The notes beneath the pieces were generated by a model. That model made no database searches and had not been told where the DNA came from. It saw nothing but the letters and a program-made list of their open reading frames with translations. This document shows, in pieces, positions 9,665-17,981 of a stretch of DNA of 29,760 nt. The position numbers and the translations under genes were made by a program. Source of the stretch: a virus (lineage: Duplodnaviria; Caudoviricetes). Location: positions 1 through 29,760 of the IMG/VR virus record IMGVR_UViG_3300030708_003538. One strand, given 5' to 3'. How positions within the stretch are numbered: position 1 is the stretch's first letter; each line of letters starts with the position of its first letter.

Positions 9665-11062
9665 TTAAGAATGTACTAATAAATCATCCGAATAGAAAAT
9701 ATCATCCCCCTCAAGTTCAACCGCATAAAATACTTTATCCTCAACGACATAATTTGATGAAGTTACATCCAAAAGGTTAAAGTTATTATCTGCTGTCTTT
9801 TTGATTAACTTTCTTGTGGTGTCCAACTCACACGATGTATCGAACTTATAAGTAGAACTACCTGATACATTCATGACCCTACTTATATTGTCAGGTAATA
9901 TATAATTGTCATTTAGTCTATAATATGCAGGGATTGTTTTTGAAATTATTCTTGTGACTTTAGAACCTGTGATGTTACCAGAAAGTGAAGAAGAACTCCA
10001 AGTTCTATATTCATCGTTTTGTGATTTCAAACTTGTTATATTTACTGACTTTACAACATCTCCTACTTGGAGACTACCGACTTCTTTTTTAGAATTATCA
10101 TACATTTCGATTTGACTGCCAGTGGCAACTATATGACGGAACTCCAAGTCAGCAATAATATCCCATCTCTTGGTATCACTACTTGAACTTGGTATGAGTT
10201 TATGTGAAACCGATTCACATCCCAAATCTACTAATCCATCATGACTATGTAAAAGTGAGTAAGTGTATGAATAGTTGTATGTACCACTTGAAGGGTTACT
10301 ACCACTACCGATGACATATTTTTCATACATATCGAAAGATGAACTTAAGGATGAACTCAGAGCCGTATAATGACTTGATTCATATGTGTAAAATCTACAA
10401 TTACCTTTCAATAATGTCGCGTCCTTTTCATCAATTTTAGCAATATAATCAGGATAATCATTGTTAGGAGTATAAGATGTTGGGTCAAATTCACCTATCA
10501 TTAAAGAGGACGATGGTGAGTTTGATAAGATGTCACGAAAATCTTTTTTAGAATAAGAACCACTTACTAATGCATCAAATTCTGAATATCTAAAAGGTGT
10601 ATTTACGAATAAAGTATAGACATTGGAACCTGATTGTATTGCATGTTCAGGTGGTAAATCAAAATCTGGTTCTGTAGATTCTAAAATAAAAGAAGACGAA
10701 ATATTATTTTGTGAACAACTTGAACTCAAATGATTGTAAAAAGCATTTGATGGATTAGTCAAATTATCACTATATTTAATTCCGACAACATGAAGTGTAT
10801 CCACACCTTGATTCGAAAAATAATCTGTCAAGGCATTTACTTTTGGAGTCAATGGTGCATCGTAATAACAAGCAATATTAGTATTGAATTCATAAAGTTT
10901 TGGTAATCCATCTTGTATATTAAAATCATAGCTACATAAATACCCAACTTTATAATTTGGCCATCCTCCAGCACTTGCGGTGATATAATGACTTACATCT
11001 TTTAAACTCTTTGTTACTTGTCCTGATAATTCCGTTGAACTATATGTTTGGTTTGAGGCCAT
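9665..11062 (-). CDS. Circularly permuted ATP-grasp-like protein with a C-terminal degenerate Hint domain
   Basis: N-terminal SYDF...KLYEFNTN, later PDYIAK and YEKYV. The last ~156 aa (IVATGSQIEMYDNSKKEVGSLQVGDVVKS...FYAVELEGDDIFYSDDLLVHS) follow Hint blocks A, F and G. AGGAG SD. Confidence 0.65.
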   Translation of the reverse strand: MASNQTYSSTELSGQVTKSLKDVSHYITASAGGWPNYKVGYLCSYDFNIQDGLPKLYEFNTNIACYYDAPLTPKVNALTDYFSNQGVDTLHVVGIKYSDNLTNPSNAFYNHLSSSCSQNNISSSFILESTEPDFDLPPEHAIQSGSNVYTLFVNTPFRYSEFDALVSGSYSKKDFRDILSNSPSSSLMIGEFDPTSYTPNNDYPDYIAKIDEKDATLLKGNCRFYTYESSHYTALSSSLSSSFDMYEKYVIGSGSNPSSGTYNYSYTYSLLHSHDGLVDLGCESVSHKLIPSSSSDTKRWDIIADLEFRHIVATGSQIEMYDNSKKEVGSLQVGDVVKSVNITSLKSQNDEYRTWSSSSLSGNITGSKVTRIISKTIPAYYRLNDNYILPDNISRVMNVSGSSTYKFDTSCELDTTRKLIKKTADNNFNLLDVTSSNYVVEDKVFYAVELEGDDIFYSDDLLVHS

Positions 11063-11072
11063 CTGTTAACTC

Positions 11073-11765
11073 CTAAATATGTTTACTCACATAAATAAAT
11101 GCCGTGTCTATTGCACCCACACATAATTTGAATATGTATGTGGTTATAAATATCTCAAACATGACATTTAATGGTAGAAGCATATCAGAGTGACCAATTA
11201 GGTTAGGTATTAACCAAAACGCAAACACAATAAAAATGAATGTGTCTATGAATTGACTAACGGCTGTACTTACATTGTTTCTTAACCATAGGTGTTTACC
11301 ATCGAACTTTTCTTTTAACTTGTGAAACAAATGTACATCATTATATTGTGCACATGCGTAAGCTAAAAGACTTCCAATCACAATTGACGGACTTAATGAG
11401 AATAATCCACCCAACCATTCTGCGGCACCCCAATCTGCTCCATTAGGTGAATAGGCTACGATAAACTGCGAAAGAACCAAATATATTACGGACAAACACA
11501 ATCCTATATTAACTGCCCGTTTGGCTTCCTTCTTACCATACCATTCACTTAGCAAATCTGTTGCCAAGAATAAAGATGCATACATCACATTACCACCACT
11601 TGCCGCTAAACCGAATAAATCAAATTGTTTATTGACAAATATCTGTGATAAGATTACTGCGAATCCAATATATCCTATGAGATACTCTTTACCGAGTTTG
11701 AATAACCCCAATACAAATGAAAGTGAAACAATCATCTGTATGAAAAATAATAATTCATTACTCAT
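11073..11765 (-). CDS. yhhQ: Queuosine precursor transporter (YhhQ / VUT family)
   Basis: About 6-7 hydrophobic segments; FLATDLLSEWYGKKEAKRAV; GSLLAY..AQYNDV..F..LK; LWLRNNVSTAVSQFIDTFIF; K.....DT signatures. Confidence 0.92.
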   Translation of the reverse strand: MSNELLFFIQMIVSLSFVLGLFKLGKEYLIGYIGFAVILSQIFVNKQFDLFGLAASGGNVMYASLFLATDLLSEWYGKKEAKRAVNIGLCLSVIYLVLSQFIVAYSPNGADWGAAEWLGGLFSLSPSIVIGSLLAYACAQYNDVHLFHKLKEKFDGKHLWLRNNVSTAVSQFIDTFIFIVFAFWLIPNLIGHSDMLLPLNVMFEIFITTYIFKLCVGAIDTAFIYVSKHI

Positions 11766-11766
11766 T

Positions 11767-12390
11767 TTAAAACTCCCATTTTAAACCGAGTGTCGGCATT
11801 ATTTGAATATCCTCACCAGCACCATATACGAAGTTTTGACTTATCTCCACCTCTCCACCAACACTTAGTTTACCTAAACTATACCATATCTGTGGTTCCG
11901 TCATCCAAACTGTAGTTTGTCCATCATTCCATACATCTGCAAAACCAGTAAATGATATTTTGTCTGAGAGTGGTTTAAACCAAACTGCCGTATATTGAAA
12001 TCCCCATCCATACAAATCAGTATGTCTCAACCATCCACTTGACATCACTTCTATGATACCTAAGTTGACTGGATATTCCATTCCGATTAACCACGATGGT
12101 TCGAAACTTCCGTAAGTATTCAATCCACCATTGTATTGGATTCCAAAGCCAGTTTTTTCTATATTGAACATTTTTGCTATTTCCCAATATGCAGCAGAAG
12201 TTGGACGACCTTCTTCGTAGTCGAAATCAACAAAGAAAAAGTTCGAACCTAAATCATCGGTACTGAACATTTCTATAGTTGAGGTATAGTGTCCTCGTTC
12301 TTTGTCATAATGAAGTTGCACATGAGTCTGTGCAGATAATAACCCAAATAGCAGAGCTATTCCTATTGTTGTTTTTTTAAGTGGTGTCAT
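11767..12390 (-). CDS. DUF5020 family outer-membrane beta-barrel (Tsx-like nucleoside channel)
   Basis: Signal peptide ending LLSAQ; VQLHYD...TSTIEMF..DDLGSNFFFVDFDY; AYWEI; YNGGL; TEPQIWY; GGEVEIS; C-terminal LKWEF aromatic barrel signature. AGGAG SD spacing favours the ATG at 12390. Confidence 0.82.
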   Translation of the reverse strand: MTPLKKTTIGIALLFGLLSAQTHVQLHYDKERGHYTSTIEMFSTDDLGSNFFFVDFDYEEGRPTSAAYWEIAKMFNIEKTGFGIQYNGGLNTYGSFEPSWLIGMEYPVNLGIIEVMSSGWLRHTDLYGWGFQYTAVWFKPLSDKISFTGFADVWNDGQTTVWMTEPQIWYSLGKLSVGGEVEISQNFVYGAGEDIQIMPTLGLKWEF

Positions 12391-12408
12391 CACTGTTCTC
12401 CTTTGTTA

Positions 12409-13125
12409 TTAGGATTGTTTTAATAAATAGTTTTGTTTAATTTTTCTCACAAAATCTTGATGTGATTCCACACCTGCGTGATTACCATCTACTCCGAAAT
12501 CTTTCCAATACATTTTATAATCTTCAATCTTAAAATGAATAACTGGTACTTCTATAGTCTTTAGAAAACTACTTACCAACATATGATTTCTGTAGTAATT
12601 ATCCATGTCGTATTCATCATTTTGTATAAATGTAATCTTATCATGTATTTTACTACCTTCCTTAGTATCCCAAAAATCCCATTTTCCATTAGGTTTATAA
12701 AAACACCTTTTACCATCTTTATTAACATATTCTCTTCTATGAAGATATGTCCACAGAATAACAACAATATTAGGTTTAAATCTTTGTGTAAAACTTAAAA
12801 CTGCTCTTGATATTGTATCATTTGAACAACCTTGAATTCCAAAGTTTATGTGACTATGATTTATTTTTTCTGCAAGTATGTGAGGCCAAGTTTCATCGTT
12901 ACCAACTCCTACACCTAATGTATGGCTACATCCAAAGGTAAGTAGTTTCTTTGATGATGATTCATATATCTCAATGTCATCACCTCTAAAACCAAGTTCA
13001 TTAAATCGATATCCACCCTTTACCTTACCTGTTTGGTCTCCACCACATTTATTCCAAGTTTGATTTTTTTTACTTTTTATCTCGGATTCGAATACTTCGA
13101 AATTTTTATAATTCCATTGATTCAT
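12409..13125 (-). CDS. SGNH/GDSL-like hydrolase or acyltransferase
   Basis: FNELGFRG; TFGCSHTLG (block I); NFGIQGCSN (block II); DGNHAG (DxxH). Confidence 0.8.
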   Translation of the reverse strand: MNQWNYKNFEVFESEIKSKKNQTWNKCGGDQTGKVKGGYRFNELGFRGDDIEIYESSSKKLLTFGCSHTLGVGVGNDETWPHILAEKINHSHINFGIQGCSNDTISRAVLSFTQRFKPNIVVILWTYLHRREYVNKDGKRCFYKPNGKWDFWDTKEGSKIHDKITFIQNDEYDMDNYYRNHMLVSSFLKTIEVPVIHFKIEDYKMYWKDFGVDGNHAGVESHQDFVRKIKQNYLLKQS

Positions 13126-13399
13126 TTTTATTGACTTGTAATCCTTCTAATCCTACATCTTTCAACATAGTTTTAGGAACTTCACCACAATTACCACAAC
13201 TATATATTTCAATCGGTACAAGTGCTTCTTGTCCAGTTGGACTTACAAGTGCAGATAGTCTTTTAATTACCGTTCCTTTTATGAATACAATATTTCCACA
13301 ATGTTCACATTTCATAGTTTCCGCCTGTGATAAATCAACTTGAACCTGTTGAGGTTGTGGTTGTTGACCTGGCTGTGGTCTAAATTTTCTTTTAGCCAT
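13106..13399 (-). CDS. Small zinc-ribbon protein
   Basis: CEHC...CGNC, a Q/P-rich N-terminus and an AGGAG SD. Confidence 0.75.
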   Translation of the reverse strand: MAKRKFRPQPGQQPQPQQVQVDLSQAETMKCEHCGNIVFIKGTVIKRLSALVSPTGQEALVPIEIYSCGNCGEVPKTMLKDVGLEGLQVNKNESMEL

Positions 13400-13409
13400 T
13401 TTGTTCTCC

Positions 13410-14009
13410 TTAAATTATTTCGTCTATTAATCCATACTCTTTACAAGTTTTAGCGTCCCATAGTAAATCATGTTTGAGTATTTCACCAAGTTTTTTTGCT
13501 GGTACTTTGGTGTATTGTTTATATACATTTTTAATAGTCTTCATCATCAAGTCTAAGTTCTGTTTTTCATCCTCAAAGTTTGAGTATGTCCCCCAAAACT
13601 GAGTTGATAACTGATGAATCAACATATATGAATTTCTGCTCATAAATCTATAATCACCAACCACCGATAGAAATGTTGCTGCACTTGCCGAGAATCCGTC
13701 AACATATGTGTGGACAGGAACTTTGGTTCTAAGTATCGTATCCATAGAAGCTATTCCACTTACTACACTTCCACCACCTGAATTAATCATCAATTTAATT
13801 GTTGGTGGGTCAATTCCTAAACTTTGAGCCGTTCCAAGATACTTACCTTCGAGTTCACCAATTTTTTTATTCAATTCAGAACAACTTTCCCTTGTTACGC
13901 CTGAATAATAATAAATTTTATTATCTTGAACCGTAATATGTTTTTCAGTATTAGTTGTTCCAGCTTTCTTTGGTGATTTTCTCTCACCCCAATGTCTTTC
14001 CATTTTCAT
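13410..14009 (-). CDS. clpP: ClpP-like serine protease (paralog B)
   Basis: INSGGGSV; SASAA (Ser); MLIHQ (His); HDLLWDAKTCKEYGLIDEII (Asp). Confidence 0.9.
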   Translation of the reverse strand: MKMERHWGERKSPKKAGTTNTEKHITVQDNKIYYYSGVTRESCSELNKKIGELEGKYLGTAQSLGIDPPTIKLMINSGGGSVVSGIASMDTILRTKVPVHTYVDGFSASAATFLSVVGDYRFMSRNSYMLIHQLSTQFWGTYSNFEDEKQNLDLMMKTIKNVYKQYTKVPAKKLGEILKHDLLWDAKTCKEYGLIDEII

Positions 14010-14579
14010 TTACCTTTTCGTTATTAATTTTGTACCGATATCACTACATAGAACGATTATTCTTTTCTTGTAATCGGTATCATTTTTTTTATAAATTTTT
14101 TTCCATTTACTATTTTCTATAAAATCAGAAAATTTATTTCGAAACTTTGCAAAGTAATCAACTTTATTATTTTCATCGAATCCATATCTAAGTATAAAAA
14201 CATTTTTTGAAATATCAAACTTAGGAATAATAAATGGCCAATCTCTAATCAAATATTCATCATAAGAAATATTATTTTCGTAAAGACTATCAACTAATTT
14301 TTGAGTCCATTTTTTTGACGGATTGGTCATATTATCGAAGTCTGTACGAATTCCTAAAACCCTATCAAAATTGTTTTTGTCAAAAAATGAGGAAAGACTA
14401 TTAAAGTCTATTGAACTTATTTCATTATCAGATAATAGTAAGTTGGTATTGATATCACATAGATTATCTTCCACCCAATCAAACCCAACTAAAGTACCAC
14501 AATTATTATTCTTTTCGTTGAAGTATTTTTCTTTAATAAAATGATTTGCTATTTCTAAACAAATATTATTCGATGACAT
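14010..14579 (-). CDS. Hypothetical protein, short paralog of the N-terminal part of 9665-11062
   Basis: GFDW...DINTN and VLGIRTDFDNMTNPS...ENNIS align by eye with SYDF...EFNTN and VVGIKYSDNLTNPS...QNNIS. Confidence 0.65.
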   Translation of the reverse strand: MSSNNICLEIANHFIKEKYFNEKNNNCGTLVGFDWVEDNLCDINTNLLLSDNEISSIDFNSLSSFFDKNNFDRVLGIRTDFDNMTNPSKKWTQKLVDSLYENNISYDEYLIRDWPFIIPKFDISKNVFILRYGFDENNKVDYFAKFRNKFSDFIENSKWKKIYKKNDTDYKKRIIVLCSDIGTKLITKR

Positions 14580-14772
14580 CTACTATTTTTGATTGTTTTA
14601 CCAATATTGTTTCAAAAATAAATGGTGAATCTTTGACAAATTCGTTAACTTTTGCCTCGGCGACACTAACCGAATCACATTCGACCAAATAACTCCGTCT
14701 AACTTTTTTTTCTTTTACACCATTTTTTGTTTGTATTTCTTCAATAAATACTACTGTTGCTTCAAAGTACAT
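14566..14772 (-). CDS. DUF4494-like small protein
   Basis: YFEATV...NG...KKV...YLVECDSVSVAEAKV...VKQSKIVDV; AGGAG SD. Confidence 0.7.
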   Translation of the reverse strand: MYFEATVVFIEEIQTKNGVKEKKVRRSYLVECDSVSVAEAKVNEFVKDSPFIFETILVKQSKIVDVIE

Positions 14773-14773
14773 T

Positions 14774-15787
14774 TTAACTCCTTACATATTCTAATTCATT
14801 CCAATAATTTACATTATATTTTTTAGATAATATTGGAACACTTTTAACAAATTTATTTACTTGATTTTCTGTTGGTATTAACTTATCATAAAGTGGATGA
14901 GCAGTCATTACTCGAAAATCTATCATATCAATTTTCACATCTTTACTTATGGAAAAAATTTCTTCGACCTCTTCTATGTTGTTCTTGGTCAAGATATTTA
15001 CATACTTCACAAATGTTTTATTACTTTTTAATTCTCCTAAGTATCTCAACCTTTCTAAGAGTTTATCCCATTCTTTTGGTTTTACCCCTCTCAAGTCGGA
15101 GTAAGTCTCTCTCGTACCAGCTGAAATATTAATATCCAATTGGTCTATTTCCATCTCAACTAATTTTTTGATATCATCATTCGATATTATGGAAAAATTC
15201 GTGAATAATTTTAATTCAAACTTTTTACTCTTAACATAACCCAACATCTTCATCATGTCTTTTAAAACAAATGGTTCTCCACCCCCACTAATCGATATCA
15301 CCTTGCATCCACCTAATTCTTCAAGGTCATCGATTATTGATTTGAACACATCCCATTCGATAAATTGTTTTGACCACTCTTTCCAATCAGGATTAGGATG
15401 TCCTATTTCCAAAAGTGATTTAGACCAATGCCAACAAAAATCACATCGGTGATTACAAGGATTACCAACTTCGAATTGAAATTCCTTCGGGCCTTGATTT
15501 GGACTTCCATTAGTATTTATATCTCCGTGATAACTATCCCAATTTTTTTCTACAACATAGTGCGGACAATATCTACAAGATTCGATTTCTTCAAACATTT
15601 CATAATCATTTTGTAAGACATCTCTAATATCTTGATATTTCTGAGACTTCCAAAATTCCTTAAATGTTCCATCTTCATCCCAACTTCCTATACTACTAAC
15701 AGGACCACAACATAACCAATATCTTTTATCAGGTGTAATTTTTCCGAATCTATAACCAATTCTACATTTATCTAATAATTTATTCAT
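14774..15787 (-). CDS. Radical SAM protein with an N-terminal twitch/SPASM-like domain
   Basis: CNHRCDFC and SGGGEP core, preceded by C...CC...IGS...W.S..YQDIR...CRYC. Start set at MNKLL (8-bp overlap). Confidence 0.85.
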   Translation of the reverse strand: MNKLLDKCRIGYRFGKITPDKRYWLCCGPVSSIGSWDEDGTFKEFWKSQKYQDIRDVLQNDYEMFEEIESCRYCPHYVVEKNWDSYHGDINTNGSPNQGPKEFQFEVGNPCNHRCDFCWHWSKSLLEIGHPNPDWKEWSKQFIEWDVFKSIIDDLEELGGCKVISISGGGEPFVLKDMMKMLGYVKSKKFELKLFTNFSIISNDDIKKLVEMEIDQLDINISAGTRETYSDLRGVKPKEWDKLLERLRYLGELKSNKTFVKYVNILTKNNIEEVEEIFSISKDVKIDMIDFRVMTAHPLYDKLIPTENQVNKFVKSVPILSKKYNVNYWNELEYVRS

Positions 15788-16454
15788 AGTAAAATTCACC
15801 AAAGTCATGAGGTACCGTATCTGAATCTTGAGGATTTCTTTGGTAAGCTAATCTTTCATTTGAAATATAACCTTTCAACAATCCCTTTCTTACAATTCGA
15901 TGTGTCATATCTGAATCTACTGCCATTTTTGGATGAGTCATATATTGTAAGAATACTTCACATGCCTTTTTGTTGACCATAAAGCATTGATTACCTGGTT
16001 TATAGTCATAGGTAGAGAAATAATTATTTACTTTTTCTTTAATTACTAAATCTGATTTTATATAACCAAAGTGAACCATGTCCCAATCATTAGGTATATG
16101 TTTTAATGATTCATTAAATTTTTCGTCAAATCCATCTACGAATACTACATCATCTTCACATATAAGTATGTTACCATAATTGTTAAACAAGTTTTTTTTA
16201 TATATTTCGCCGAAAGAATGGTGTAATCCAACTGCACCTGGTGTAAGTGAAATACCCAACTTATAACCCTTTTCTTTTTTTGTATACAACCTATCAAGTA
16301 AAACTTCGTTTTCAAAATCAATATCTTTCCAATCTACAGCTGGATATCTTTCCATACTTTTAAGACAATCTATTGAATTGATTTGGAATTCCATTTTCTG
16401 TTTTCTATCAGTTCTCCTATCAAGGTTGACATAGTATAATTTATTGATATTCAT
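15780..16454 (-). CDS. Glycosyltransferase family 25-like
   Basis: YYVNLDRRTDRK; RYPAVD; GAVG; ILICEDDV; WDMVHFG. Start set at MNINK. Confidence 0.85.
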   Translation of the reverse strand: MNINKLYYVNLDRRTDRKQKMEFQINSIDCLKSMERYPAVDWKDIDFENEVLLDRLYTKKEKGYKLGISLTPGAVGLHHSFGEIYKKNLFNNYGNILICEDDVVFVDGFDEKFNESLKHIPNDWDMVHFGYIKSDLVIKEKVNNYFSTYDYKPGNQCFMVNKKACEVFLQYMTHPKMAVDSDMTHRIVRKGLLKGYISNERLAYQRNPQDSDTVPHDFGEFYYE

Positions 16455-17250
16455 GAGATGTATGGTAAAAGCTTTCATAATTAGATTTAAATTTTTTATT
16501 CCATTTATTATCTAAATTTATTTTTTTTCTATGTGTCTTGATAGGTGGAACTTCAAGATATTTGAAATTTTCATAATTAGTTATATCATAACATCTTTTT
16601 TTTCCACACAAATGATAAGTGTTGAAGTGATGATTTGAATTTATAAATTGTTCACAATACATATCTTTAAATAAATCTTCATCATAATCTTCCTTATTAA
16701 ATAGATATAGACCTTGGCCTGAATCAACCTCAACATCCTTACACACAAAATCAGGCTGTCCATTATTTGTATCTATGTCGTGTATATCTTTGATTTCTTT
16801 TGGAAAGGTCATCGTGTGATTCAAGAAATCTCTTGTCCACTTTTTGTTGGTAGAAAGATGTTCTATAAACGAAAAGTTTTTCGCAAAAAATTGTTGAACA
16901 TTAATCACTTGTTCATTTTCATCTATTGTTAAGTAAGAATAATCTGATACATTTTTGAACACCACATTATCATGAGTTTCGAATAGAGGTTTAGAACTTT
17001 GACCTGAGAATGTCCAATAGTAAATTTTTTTATCTTTGTATTCTTTTAAAAAATCTGACATATCAATAGAGGATAAAGACCACTCATTTACAGAAATGGC
17101 CGTGTCAATTTCTGTCAGGTAAATCTTATCGTCCTTTTTGATGTTAGACAATTTGACCAATACATAATGATTATCAGCACTCATGTACTTTTCAAGTTGA
17201 AATTTTATACTATCGTGAAATTTATTTGTATGTTGTTTTATAACATCCAT
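16441..17250 (-). CDS. Circularly permuted ATP-grasp-like protein (divergent)
   Basis: KIYLTEIDT near the N-terminus; PDFVCKDVEVDSGQGLYLF and YCEQFI in the C-terminal half. Confidence 0.55.
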   Translation of the reverse strand: MDVIKQHTNKFHDSIKFQLEKYMSADNHYVLVKLSNIKKDDKIYLTEIDTAISVNEWSLSSIDMSDFLKEYKDKKIYYWTFSGQSSKPLFETHDNVVFKNVSDYSYLTIDENEQVINVQQFFAKNFSFIEHLSTNKKWTRDFLNHTMTFPKEIKDIHDIDTNNGQPDFVCKDVEVDSGQGLYLFNKEDYDEDLFKDMYCEQFINSNHHFNTYHLCGKKRCYDITNYENFKYLEVPPIKTHRKKINLDNKWNKKFKSNYESFYHTSHEYQ

Positions 17251-17981
17251 GCCTTTTCCTCACATTTAAAAGATTCATCATCATACCAAGGTTGAATTTC
17301 TGTTCGTTTTTGTATAAGTGAAAATGTTTGGTTTTGATAAGAACAATAAGGGTGAACATCGGCTATATCAATGTTGTATCGGTTGATATGTAAATCAGCT
17401 GGAACAATACCTATCATACTTGCCTTTTTTATAAGTTCTGATGCTGCCTTTGGTGTTATTGTGTAACAATGTGCTCCATGTAAATAATATTCTTGACAAT
17501 AACATTCTTGATTCTCTATCTTTTCACAATCACAAAATCTTTTATACAACCCCTTTCTATTTCTTTTTTCATGTATTTTATCGAAATCAAAATTACTTTT
17601 TTTTAAAGAAGTTTCCCATAAAGGGGCTCCGTAATTGATGACTCCTTCAAAATTATGTTCAATGAATCTATCAGTAAAAACGACATCATGTTCTAAAATC
17701 ATTATTTTTTCATTTGATTTTACACACCTCATCCATAAGTTATAATGACTTAAAAAACATCCGAGTATAGATTCTTTGTTTCCTATATTTGTCCATAAAT
17801 GTTCTTCGTCTATCAAATTGAAATTAAGGTTTTTATTAATTTCTATTGAATCTTTTTTGTGTATACCTTCAAAAGGCTCTACATCTATTTTACCTATGTC
17901 TCCAGCAGATTCGATAGTCTTTTCTGCGGATTCTTTACTCAGCTTATTGGATGATATTTGAATTACATAACCTTTAATCAT
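17238..17981 (-). CDS. Glycosyltransferase family 25-like
   Basis: GCFLSHYNLW; IMILEHDV; GAHCYTITPKAASELI; PAD. Confidence 0.85.
   Translation of the reverse strand: MIKGYVIQISSNKLSKESAEKTIESAGDIGKIDVEPFEGIHKKDSIEINKNLNFNLIDEEHLWTNIGNKESILGCFLSHYNLWMRCVKSNEKIMILEHDVVFTDRFIEHNFEGVINYGAPLWETSLKKSNFDFDKIHEKRNRKGLYKRFCDCEKIENQECYCQEYYLHGAHCYTITPKAASELIKKASMIGIVPADLHINRYNIDIADVHPYCSYQNQTFSLIQKRTEIQPWYDDESFKCEEKAWML

Noticed and set aside
9665-10132. Active intein or self-splicing element
   Set aside because: No Cys/Ser at position 1, no TxxH block, ends His-Ser-stop with no C-extein, and no homing endonuclease.
12391-12420. preQ1 riboswitch upstream of the DUF5020-yhhQ pair
   Set aside because: Only about 18 nt of non-coding sequence, occupied by the SD. 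No preQ1 stem-loop motif recognised.
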